Below, one piece after another: positions 9,846 to 17,975 of a DNA stretch of 64,000 bases (position 1 is the first letter of the stretch; each line of letters begins with the position of its first letter). The notes under the pieces were generated by a model. That model was not told the DNA's origin. It saw nothing but the letters and a program-made list of their open reading frames with translations, and ran no database searches. Both the position numbers and the translations under genes were made by a program. The stretch covers positions 7,070 through 71,069 of the forward strand of contig CAZDVZ010000001.1 of NCBI GenBank assembly GCA_964509125.1, written 5' to 3'. This DNA comes from an uncultured Oscillospiraceae bacterium. GTDB taxonomy: Bacteria; Bacillota; Clostridia; Oscillospirales; CAG-382.

Positions 9846-10407
9846 AAAAAAAGTTTATTAATGTCAACATGGAATGGGACATTTATGGTAAAAAAAGATA
9901 AAATTACTAAAAAGAGAAGAAGCAAAAATAAAACAGTTCCCAATATATGGGGCAAAAACACTTCTTTTTTAGGTTAATACAGAAAAAATCGTAAATTTAT
10001 ATTTTTCCCTTTTTCTCTTTTCGCTTCGAGAGAATGTTACTACTTGTCGTACTTGGGTGTACAGTAGAGATATATTGCCCGTTCCGAAGATATTTTTTAT
10101 CCTCTAATAAACAAGACTGTAAGGAAAGTATTATAGTGTTTTTTAAAATTAGTTCCCTGTGCATAAATCACAAGCGGTTACAATTACTCTATTATATCAT
10201 CTGCCAAAAAGTAGATCTCCATAATAAATTCATCGGCAAGGAACTTTGAACAGCTCCATTCCAACTTAAATATTGCAACGAAGCAATGCAAAAAGCCGCC
10301 CGTTTGGCAGTTAGATCAAAAAATCCAACTTCCAAAGGACGGCTTTTATATCCCATTAAGGACAATTTAAATCATTTAATTGTTGTCGCAGATCTACTGC
10401 AATTTAA

Positions 10408-11781
10408 TTATGCTCTTCTTCTCTTGGAAACAACAACTGCACCTGCAAGAGAGATAACTGTAAGGATAGCAACAACTGCTACGCCTGCATCGCCGGGAGA
10501 ATCAGAATTATCGGGGTTAACAGATGCTTCTCCACCGTTACCGATAACTTTGAGTTCGCTTATTACCAAAACGTAATCATCGCTTACAACTGTAACTTTA
10601 ACAGCTTTAGCAGAAATCGCTTCGTTAAATGTAACAACTTTGTTGTATACGTTTCCACCAAGATCAACTTCTGTGATGGTATATTTGTCAGCAGAGATTG
10701 TTTTAAAACCGCTGCCTGTGTTAACTTCTACTGTAACTGTACCAAACTTACGGTTGCCGTTAACGTATGTACCAATTTCAAGTCTGGTAATGTCTGTATA
10801 TTTTTTACCAAGGTTTACGTTAACAACATTAGCTTTGCCCGTACCCATGAAAGCAACCGCTTGGCCTGCGCTCTCGGCTGTAACCGCACCGTCTGTAAGG
10901 CAAGTGCCGTTATCTTCTTTACCGGCAAGGAAAGCGCCTTCTACTGTGTAGGATTTGCCTGCTGCATAGTTAACTTCAACGGGAGCTGCAGGTTCATCGG
11001 ATGTAGTATCGTCTGCTGCATCGGATGTTGTGTCATCTGCTGCGTCGGATGTTGTATCGTCTGATGCGTCGGATGTTGTATCGTCTGCTGCATCGGATGT
11101 TGTGTCGTCTGCTGCATCGGATGTTGTGTCATCTGCTGCATCGGATGTTGTGTCGTCTGCTGCATCGGATGTTGTATCGTCTGCTGCATCGGATGTTGTG
11201 TCATCTGCTGCATCGGATGTTGTGTCATCTGCTGCGTCGCCACCATAAACTTGAACCTCGGAGAGACCGAAGCAATACAAATCTTGAGTTACGCTGATCT
11301 TAACAAACTTTGCTGAAACATTTGATGCGAGAGCATAAGAGTAGTTGTGAGCAACTTCGCTGCCTTCAACCAATGTATCTGTTACAACGTAATCTGTAAC
11401 TGCAACGAAATCTACGCCGTTTGCGGAAACTTCGATTACAACATTACCGTATGCACGGTTGCTTACAACGATAACACCACCAACAACGATTTCGTTGATG
11501 TCAGTATAAACAGCGCCGAGGTCAACAACGATTGTATTTGTATAGCCTGTTCCTACAAATACAGCTGTTTGACCTGCTGTTTCCACAACTGCCATAGTAC
11601 CGTCTGTAAGCATTACACCATTATCGGCTTTACCGCCAAGGAAACTACCTGTTACGGTGTAAGATTTACCTTGAGCATAGTTTACTTTGGCCGCAGAAGC
11701 TGTGTATGAGATGCAAGTTGTAACGAGCATCATAACAACGAGTGCTAAAGCAGCAAATCTTTTGAGTGTGCTTTTTTTCAT
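10408..11781 (-). CDS. surface protein: signal peptide, two F5/8 type C (discoidin)-like modules joined by a DAADDTTS x10 stalk, C-terminal TM anchor
   Basis: Start at MKKSTLKRFAALALVVMMLV (ATG at 11781). Both modules begin VNYA.GKSYTV and end ...LSEVQVYG or ...ISELKVIG. The tail is GVAVVAILTVISLAGAVVVSKRRRA. Confidence 0.8.
   Translation of the reverse strand: MKKSTLKRFAALALVVMMLVTTCISYTASAAKVNYAQGKSYTVTGSFLGGKADNGVMLTDGTMAVVETAGQTAVFVGTGYTNTIVVDLGAVYTDINEIVVGGVIVVSNRAYGNVVIEVSANGVDFVAVTDYVVTDTLVEGSEVAHNYSYALASNVSAKFVKISVTQDLYCFGLSEVQVYGGDAADDTTSDAADDTTSDAADDTTSDAADDTTSDAADDTTSDAADDTTSDAADDTTSDASDDTTSDAADDTTSDAADDTTSDEPAAPVEVNYAAGKSYTVEGAFLAGKEDNGTCLTDGAVTAESAGQAVAFMGTGKANVVNVNLGKKYTDITRLEIGTYVNGNRKFGTVTVEVNTGSGFKTISADKYTITEVDLGGNVYNKVVTFNEAISAKAVKVTVVSDDYVLVISELKVIGNGGEASVNPDNSDSPGDAGVAVVAILTVISLAGAVVVSKRRRA
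10997..11236 (-). repeat. coding tandem repeat, 24 bp x 10 (DAADDTTS; one DASDDTTS unit)
   Basis: Plus-strand unit tcggatgtNgtNtcNtctgNtgcN counted ten times head to tail. Differences fall at wobble positions except one Ala-to-Ser change. Confidence 0.95.
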
Positions 11782-11946
11782 GAATTTAGCCCTTTCTTTA
11801 TTTGTGTTTTTCTGCAGAAACGAACCCATATTTCACGCCGTGGCTCTACCGCTTTTGATAAGCAGTCATAAAACAGCTTACGTCGCGGAATAAGCCGAGA
11901 CGATGCGCCGAGCCCTTGCAAATATACTTTTCAAATCTGCATTGTC

Positions 11947-11975
11947 ATTTTAGCACAAAGAATTATTTTTGTCAA
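11947..11975 (-). promoter_or_regulatory. sigma-A-type promoter for the 10408-11781 gene
   Basis: On the minus strand: TTGACA, 17 nt spacer, TAAAAT. This implies a leader of roughly 160 nt. Confidence 0.55.
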
Positions 11976-12074
11976 TAGGATTTTCCGTCTTTTTAGCTGT
12001 TTTTAATAACAGAATTTCATTTTTTTTAAAGAATATTCACAATCGCATTTTGAAAACCACAATATATATGATAA

Positions 12075-12098
12075 GAGCCGCGCAAAAATGCGCGGCTC
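12075..12098 (-). terminator. rho-independent terminator after tpiA
   Basis: GAGCCGCGCA-loop-TGCGCGGCTC, a 10-bp GC-rich stem 27 nt past the tpiA stop, followed on the minus strand by TTATCATATATATT. Confidence 0.75.
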
Positions 12099-12125
12099 CA
12101 CAAAATATCAACGGGATATTTATTT

Positions 12126-12902
12126 TTATTGAGCAGCAGCCTCAATGATTTTAACAAAGTCGGGAGCTTTAAGGGATGCACCGCCGATAAGTCCGCCGTC
12201 AACATTCTTTTTAGAAAGAAGCTCTGCCGCATTACCTGCGTTCATCGAGCCGCCATATTGTATAGTTGTTGCTTCTGCAACAGCTTCGCCGTAAAGTTTT
12301 GCAAGAACGCCTCTAATAATTGCGCAAACCTCTTCTGCTTGGTCAGCAGTTGCGGTTTTACCTGTACCGATTGCCCAAACAGGCTCGTATGCGATGATGA
12401 TATTTTTCATATCTTCAGCAGAAACGCCTAAAAGGTCAACCTTTGTTTGCATGGAAACGATCTCTTCTGTGATTCCTTGCTCTCTCTGCTCAAGAACTTC
12501 GCCTACACAAAGGATAACTTTAAGTCCGTTTGCCAAAGCCGCTTTAACTCTTGCGTTTACCGTGTTGTCGGTTTCACCGAAATATTGTCTTCTTTCGCTG
12601 TGACCGATAATTACATATTCAACGCCCGCTTCTTTAAGCATTTCGCCGGAAATTTCTCCTGTGAATGCACCTTTTTCTGCCCAATGTACGTTTTGTGCAG
12701 AAATTTTAATTGGGCTTCCTTCTGCGGCCGCTTTAGCAGCAGCGATATCTGTAAAAGGAACGCCTGCAATAATTTCACAATAGGACGTATCTTTTCCTGC
12801 GAGTTCTGCTTTGATTGCGTTGATAAGTGCGGTTGCGCCGGCCGCCGTGTTGTTCATTTTCCAGTTACCTGCGATAACTGCTCTTCTTGTTGCTTTATTC
12901 AT
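12126..12902 (-). CDS. tpiA: triose-phosphate isomerase
   Basis: Motifs IAGNWKMN, IIGHSERR, AYEPVWAIGTG and GGASL. The ATG at 12902 is preferred over the TTG at 12917. Confidence 0.95.
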   Translation of the reverse strand: MNKATRRAVIAGNWKMNNTAAGATALINAIKAELAGKDTSYCEIIAGVPFTDIAAAKAAAEGSPIKISAQNVHWAEKGAFTGEISGEMLKEAGVEYVIIGHSERRQYFGETDNTVNARVKAALANGLKVILCVGEVLEQREQGITEEIVSMQTKVDLLGVSAEDMKNIIIAYEPVWAIGTGKTATADQAEEVCAIIRGVLAKLYGEAVAEATTIQYGGSMNAGNAAELLSKKNVDGGLIGGASLKAPDFVKIIEAAAQ

Positions 12903-12929
12903 AATGTTACTATGCAAGTCCTTTCCAAA

Positions 12930-14138
12930 TTATTTGTCTGTCATTGCTTCAATACCGGGAAGAACCTTGCCTTCCAAATATTCGAGAGAAGCGCCGCCGC
13001 CTGTAGAGATATGGGACATTTTGTCACCAAAGCCAAGAATATTTACAGCTGCCGCACTGTCGCCGCCGCCGATTATTGTTGTTGCGTCCGTCTCTGCAAG
13101 AGCTTTAGCAACAGCAATTGTGCCCTCGGCAAGAATGGGGTTTTCAAACACACCCATAGGACCGTTCCATACAACAGTTTTTGCATTTTTTACTTCGTTT
13201 GCAAAGATCTCGCGAGTTTTAGGACCAATGTCGAGTCCCATCATATCAGCGGGAATCGCATCGGCAGAAACAACTTTTGTTTCGATTTCTGCTGTTATGG
13301 GTGTAGGAAATGCGCTTGCAACTACGCAATCAACAGGAAGGAGGATCTTAACGCCTTTTTCTTTTGCGATCTTAAGCATATTTGCACAATAATCGATCTT
13401 CTCGTTATCAACGAGCGATGTTCCGATTTCCATCCCCTGTGCTTTAAGGAATGTATATGCCATACCGCCGCCTATAATAAGGGTGTCTGCTTTATTTAAA
13501 AGATTTTCAATAACGGCAAGCTTGTCTGCAACTTTTGCGCCGCCAAGAATGGTTACGAAAGGTCTTACAGGATTATTTACAGCGTTGCCGAGATATTTGA
13601 TCTCTTTTGCCATAAGATATCCGTTAGCGGATTCTTCAACATAAGATGCAACACCAACTGTAGAACAGTGAGCTCTGTGAGCCGCACCGAAAGCATCATT
13701 TACAAAAAGATCTGCAAGAGATGCCAATTCTTTGGAGAATGCTTCACCGTTTTTGGTTTCTTCTGCACGGTAACGTGTATTTTGGAGAAGAACAACATCT
13801 CCGTCTTTCATTGCTGCAACCGCTTTTTTTGCATTTTCGCCAACAACTTCGTCATCGGCTGCAAAAACAACATTAACGCCCAATTTTTCAGAAAGTCTTA
13901 CAGCTACGGGAGCAAGTGAATATTTGGGATCGGCAACGCCCTTAGGCTTACCAAGGTGAGAACAAAGGATAACCTTTGCATTGTTGTCAAGAAGATATTT
14001 AATCGTGGGAAGTGCTGCAACTATACGGTTTTCGTCTGTAATTCTGTCTCCATCAAGGGGTACGTTAAAATCACATCTGACAAGAACTCTTTTGCCTGCT
14101 ACATTGATATCTTCAACGCTCTTTTTGTTCATGTTCAT
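12930..14138 (-). CDS. pgk: phosphoglycerate kinase
   Basis: Motifs [15 protein letters not shown] and [18 protein letters not shown] lies 9 nt upstream. Confidence 0.95.
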   Translation of the reverse strand: MNMNKKSVEDINVAGKRVLVRCDFNVPLDGDRITDENRIVAALPTIKYLLDNNAKVILCSHLGKPKGVADPKYSLAPVAVRLSEKLGVNVVFAADDEVVGENAKKAVAAMKDGDVVLLQNTRYRAEETKNGEAFSKELASLADLFVNDAFGAAHRAHCSTVGVASYVEESANGYLMAKEIKYLGNAVNNPVRPFVTILGGAKVADKLAVIENLLNKADTLIIGGGMAYTFLKAQGMEIGTSLVDNEKIDYCANMLKIAKEKGVKILLPVDCVVASAFPTPITAEIETKVVSADAIPADMMGLDIGPKTREIFANEVKNAKTVVWNGPMGVFENPILAEGTIAVAKALAETDATTIIGGGDSAAAVNILGFGDKMSHISTGGGASLEYLEGKVLPGIEAMTDK

Positions 14139-14205
14139 GGGAAAGATCCTCCTAAAAAAATTTCAATTTATCCAAACGCCTCGCGGCGCAGATTTAAAAT
14201 ATAAT

Positions 14206-15603
14206 TTATCCGAAAACTGAGTCGGAATACATTTGAAATTGATACCTTGTACTGTGATAAAAGCTAAACGGTTTTATACCCGTCTCAATTACGGTAACAA
14301 TATGCTCCGTTGTAACTGCAGCCACTTCTTTTTCTGCGTACGCATAAATTATGGCTATATCCAAATAATTTTGATCTTTAACTTTTTCCATGCGTAATGC
14401 CGTTTCGTTGTTTTGCCAATAAAAATAAAGCTCATTTTTGTATATAGCATCGGTCACTGTTTCATCGGTTGCCGCCATAAAAGCATTTAATACACGGCCG
14501 ACAAATTCAGTATCTGTAATCGTAGGTAAAACCGATACCGCCATCGCCTCTCCGTCTATATAGGACAAATGCTCTCCATCGGAACCATACTTCGGCATGG
14601 GTACAACACCCCAATCCATACCACTGTCACATATGGTATAAACTGCGTCTCGTCTGCAAAGCAAAACCGAACTTTCGCCTTTGATAAAGGCATCCAAAGC
14701 GTTCAAACCGCTTTTATCGCCGTAAAACTCCGCCCCGATCACTTTTTTTATGAGGGAAATTATTTCCGACGCATTTTCCACGGAGGGCAACTCCAGCGGG
14801 CTGCTTGAACATTCACCAAAAAACCTTTTTCCCGCAGATGCCCAAACGGTGTTTACAAAATCGCTTTCGGTCGCCGTTGTTACAAATCCACTTTTGGCAT
14901 ATTTTGATGATTTTTCGGAATAATCCAGAAAGTCATCCCACGTCCAACCGCCATCTTTATACAAATCATACGGATCAATACCCGTTTTTTCCGCTATGCT
15001 TTTGTTATAAAAAACACACCAACCGGAATACTCGGTTTGAGTCAATGCTCCAAAAAGCATAAACAGCTTTCCGTTTATTTGAGAAGCCTCCAACAACGAA
15101 CTATCTACATATTCCGCGGAATAGTCCACATAGGGGAGAGATGTCATGTTCATCAACAAACCGTTTGCCATGAGTTGAGATAAAACATTTGCGGGAGCAA
15201 CTACAAGATCCGCATAATGGGTTCCTTGCTCCTTCGAAAGCGTGGCTTTTTCTATAATTTCGGAAGGAGTTTCCACCTCTACACGGATATTTATATTAAA
15301 TTTGTTTTCAATGGCATCATTCCTTTCAAACACCGCTTTACTTACAAAGCTTTCACCGCCATCAAAACTCCAATACTTGGAATCTGTAGTAACGACCACA
15401 AACTCCCGTCCTCCATAGTCCTTCCCTTCTAACGCATCAAGCGTAGACGAAGAAAAATCACCGGATATATTCAAATCACCATCCACCCCATTTAGTGAAG
15501 GACGCGATATGGATGTATCTTCCGAATATTCATCTTCAAACCCGCAAGCGGACAAAAGAAACGAAAGAATAAAAAATAATACTAAAAACCTTTTTTTCAT
15601 CAT
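14206..15603 (-). CDS. lipoprotein, family-1 extracellular solute-binding protein-like (orphan; no permease or ATPase nearby)
   Basis: Lipobox FLLSAC at the N-terminus. Size and aromatic-rich pattern resemble sugar ABC substrate-binding proteins. Assignment is by eye. Confidence 0.55.
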   Translation of the reverse strand: MMKKRFLVLFFILSFLLSACGFEDEYSEDTSISRPSLNGVDGDLNISGDFSSSTLDALEGKDYGGREFVVVTTDSKYWSFDGGESFVSKAVFERNDAIENKFNINIRVEVETPSEIIEKATLSKEQGTHYADLVVAPANVLSQLMANGLLMNMTSLPYVDYSAEYVDSSLLEASQINGKLFMLFGALTQTEYSGWCVFYNKSIAEKTGIDPYDLYKDGGWTWDDFLDYSEKSSKYAKSGFVTTATESDFVNTVWASAGKRFFGECSSSPLELPSVENASEIISLIKKVIGAEFYGDKSGLNALDAFIKGESSVLLCRRDAVYTICDSGMDWGVVPMPKYGSDGEHLSYIDGEAMAVSVLPTITDTEFVGRVLNAFMAATDETVTDAIYKNELYFYWQNNETALRMEKVKDQNYLDIAIIYAYAEKEVAAVTTEHIVTVIETGIKPFSFYHSTRYQFQMYSDSVFG

Positions 15604-15607
15604 TTAA

Positions 15608-17080
15608 TCACACATCATTGGAAGAAGCACACACAACAGAAAACCGCGCCATTTCCTTTTCAACATCAACGCTGTCCACTTTTAGAACCAAATGTTGACC
15701 AATAACATGATCTCCGCCGTCTATATATCCTTTGCAACTGTTATCCAAGCACACCTCAACATCGGTGCCGTCAACTCCCCAAACAGTTCCCTCAAAGGTT
15801 TTTCCTATGTTGCAATTCAAATATTCAAGGGCGTAGAGATGAGACATACGTTTTTCCGCCTCTTTTGCTCTTGACTCCATTCGGTTTACAGAATCCACCG
15901 CTTTCATGGCACAGCGTTCCATGTATCCCCTATCAAGCCTATCAAAATTATCTCCGCACGATGCGGCAGCTTTTATCAGCCTTTGAACAGCAAGATCGCT
16001 GTAGCGACTAACGGGGTATGCAAACCTTACATAATATTCGGCACCGATTCCGCCATGATATTTGGCTTTCAAAGAGCAGGCAGAAGGAGGCAAAAGCTCC
16101 TTTATCTTTGCCAAAATAAGCTCCTCGTTTCTACCGCCGTGAGCTGCATTTATGGCAAAGGAGACTAAATTTTTGTCAGACACTCTCGCGGTATCAATGC
16201 AAACCGTATTTAAAAACGTCCTAAGTTCCTTAATGCCTTCCCCGGACATAGACTCTCTATGACGGTACGGGCAAGGAATGGAATGCGATTTAAAATATTT
16301 GGCGACCTCAACGCCTGCGGCGGAAATTACTTCCCTCACCAACCGTTCCGGATCGGAATATTTTTCAAGGCTTACGCTCACAACATTGCCTCTTATCCCT
16401 TTTTTCGAAAATGTGCGAACAGCGGTATCCACATCTGCTGCGCCTCTGTTCTGACGCACCATTTTCAAGTTTCCGCCTGCGGCAAACATATCTTCAAGTT
16501 GACTTAAAACCGCCTGATATTTATATCTTAAAAAACCAACGCTGGAAACATCAATATCAAAAAGCAACGACTCAACCTCTTTAGGCTCGCAATTTGCGGT
16601 TACTTTAATTACAGATTCAGCGAACTTTACAGATTTTACCTTTCCTACATCGTTGGTACGAAGGAAAACGCTCACCGTAAAACATTCTTCCCCCTCACGC
16701 AATGCACAAAGACCTTCGGCAATAGGCTCAGGGAGCATAGTATATGTCTTTTCGGGGAAAACCACAGACTTTCCTCTGGTGAAAGCGGCATCATCCAAAG
16801 CGGAATCAAGAGAAAATAAAGTTGCCACATCGGCAGAATGAATGCCTAAAATATAATCCTTCCCCTCTCTCTCCACGGAAAAAGCAGTTTCGAGACTTCC
16901 AATGGTAAACGTGGTTTTACCTCTGAGATCAACCCTTTTCCCGATAAACGGCCATTTAAATTCCGACTCCACCTCAGCGGTTTCGATAATAGCCTCCTCT
17001 GAAAAAACAAAGGGAACATAATCGGAGGAAACAATATTTCTCATCTTGGGCAAAAAAACAGATTTTTGATTTGTAATCAT
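15608..17080 (-). CDS. RNB-fold (RNase II/R family) protein with C-terminal S1-like domain; catalytic motifs look degenerate
   Basis: RNB landmarks ILGIHSADVA and YVRFAYPVSRYSDLAVQRLI are present. The S1-like end is GKTFEGTVWGVDGTDVEV. Motif I reads FTIGSLETAFSVE instead of TID.....D.DDA. Confidence 0.7.
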   Translation of the reverse strand: MITNQKSVFLPKMRNIVSSDYVPFVFSEEAIIETAEVESEFKWPFIGKRVDLRGKTTFTIGSLETAFSVEREGKDYILGIHSADVATLFSLDSALDDAAFTRGKSVVFPEKTYTMLPEPIAEGLCALREGEECFTVSVFLRTNDVGKVKSVKFAESVIKVTANCEPKEVESLLFDIDVSSVGFLRYKYQAVLSQLEDMFAAGGNLKMVRQNRGAADVDTAVRTFSKKGIRGNVVSVSLEKYSDPERLVREVISAAGVEVAKYFKSHSIPCPYRHRESMSGEGIKELRTFLNTVCIDTARVSDKNLVSFAINAAHGGRNEELILAKIKELLPPSACSLKAKYHGGIGAEYYVRFAYPVSRYSDLAVQRLIKAAASCGDNFDRLDRGYMERCAMKAVDSVNRMESRAKEAEKRMSHLYALEYLNCNIGKTFEGTVWGVDGTDVEVCLDNSCKGYIDGGDHVIGQHLVLKVDSVDVEKEMARFSVVCASSNDV

Positions 17081-17103
17081 ATAACACCTCGTATATTTCG
17101 GGG

Positions 17104-17155
17104 TAAAAAAGCAAAAAGCCTCCTAACATAAGCATATTTGCCTGTAAGGAAGCTT
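17104..17155 (-). terminator. terminator after secG
   Basis: 12-bp stem with 2 mismatches (AAGCTTCCTTAC / GTTAGGAGGCTT on the minus strand), followed by TTTGCTTTTTT. Confidence 0.5.
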
Positions 17156-17279
17156 ATTGTTCAAATGTAGAATAATGCGTCCTTACACTTTTGCCATAAG
17201 GCAATCAGCGGGACATAGTACCAAAATCATTCATCAACTATACGATAAACTCTTATCTCAATCTATTATAATTTTACTT

Positions 17280-17777
17280 TTATTCGACGGCATCAGCTGC
17301 GTTTCCTTCATCAGAAGAAGTTTCATCGAAGTCGGTTGTGTTTCCTTCGTCAGAAGAAGTTTCATCGGAGTCGGTTGTGTTTTCGTCGGCAGAAGTTGTT
17401 TCATCGGATTCTGCGCCTTCATCGGCTGAAACTTCGTCTTCTGAAGAAGACTCGGAAGTTGTAGTTGCAACAGAGTTATCTGTATTTTCGGTAGATGTAG
17501 TGGTATCCGTTGCAGATGCTGTGTCATCTTCATCAGGGGCTGTATAATAATAAGTCACAAGAACAATAAGAACGAAAAGTATAGAAACTACGTTTGTAAG
17601 CTTATTAAAAACTCTGTCAAGAGTCTTGCCTTTATTTTTGCCGAAAAATGTTTCCGCGCCGCCGGCGATGCTACCGGAAAGTCTTTTGCTGCTACCGCTT
17701 TGCATAAGAACCGCAACAACGAGAAAAACAGCCATAACAAGCAACGCTATACCTAAAACGGTTTGAACAGGATTCAT
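17280..17777 (-). CDS. secG: preprotein translocase subunit SecG with an approximately 85-aa acidic repeat-containing C-terminal extension
   Basis: The core is LVVAVLMQSGSSKRLSGSIAGGAETFFGKNKG plus a second TM. The ATG at 17777 follows AAAGGTG. The tail is ...DETSSDEGNTTDFDETSSDEGNAADAVE. Confidence 0.85.
   Translation of the reverse strand: MNPVQTVLGIALLVMAVFLVVAVLMQSGSSKRLSGSIAGGAETFFGKNKGKTLDRVFNKLTNVVSILFVLIVLVTYYYTAPDEDDTASATDTTTSTENTDNSVATTTSESSSEDEVSADEGAESDETTSADENTTDSDETSSDEGNTTDFDETSSDEGNAADAVE
17301..17378 (-). repeat. coding tandem repeat, 39 bp x 2 (plus a degenerate third unit) in the secG tail
   Basis: 17301-17339 and 17340-17378 differ at two positions. They encode the 13-residue unit NTTD(S/F)DETSSDEG. 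Confidence 0.85.
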
Positions 17778-17975
17778 AGTATACACCTTTTTCGGAATTT
17801 TAATCCGAATGACCTTTCTGCATTTTCACATTATCAATCCAATAATTACACTTTCTCAATGCGGACGCAAAAGCGCTATTTATCGCATCGTTAACGAATC
17901 AAATATACCACAAATATCTTTCGGATTCAATAGCAAATATAAAAATTGAATGTTTTTTAACAACTCGTTCATTTT

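Noticed and set aside
10997-11236. Regularly spaced 24-bp repeats that could be mistaken for a CRISPR array.
   Set aside because: The units are contiguous with no spacers, lie in frame inside a long CDS, and encode a coherent peptide repeat.
10941-11297. Three long ORFs (101, 90 and 72 aa) with striking periodic peptides (MTQHPMQQ..., SSAASDVVSS...).
   Set aside because: They are alternative-frame and antisense readings of the 24-bp x 10 tandem repeat inside the discoidin gene. They have no RBS and no independent support.
11782-11946. Possible c-di-GMP or c-di-AMP riboswitch in the leader of the surface-protein gene.
   Set aside because: No match to the GEMM-I (GCAAACC...ACGCAAAGC), GEMM-II or ydaO cores as I remember them. 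It is kept only as an unclassified structured leader.
12447-13499. 350-aa plus-strand ORF, and a 193-aa ORF at 12811-13392.
   Set aside because: Both are antisense to tpiA and pgk, whose identities are unambiguous. The translations are Cys/Phe-rich low-complexity sequence typical of shadow ORFs.
12126-14138. pgk-tpiA without adjacent gap, pgm or eno.
   Set aside because: Glycolytic gene order varies widely in Clostridia. This is not evidence of anything unusual on its own.
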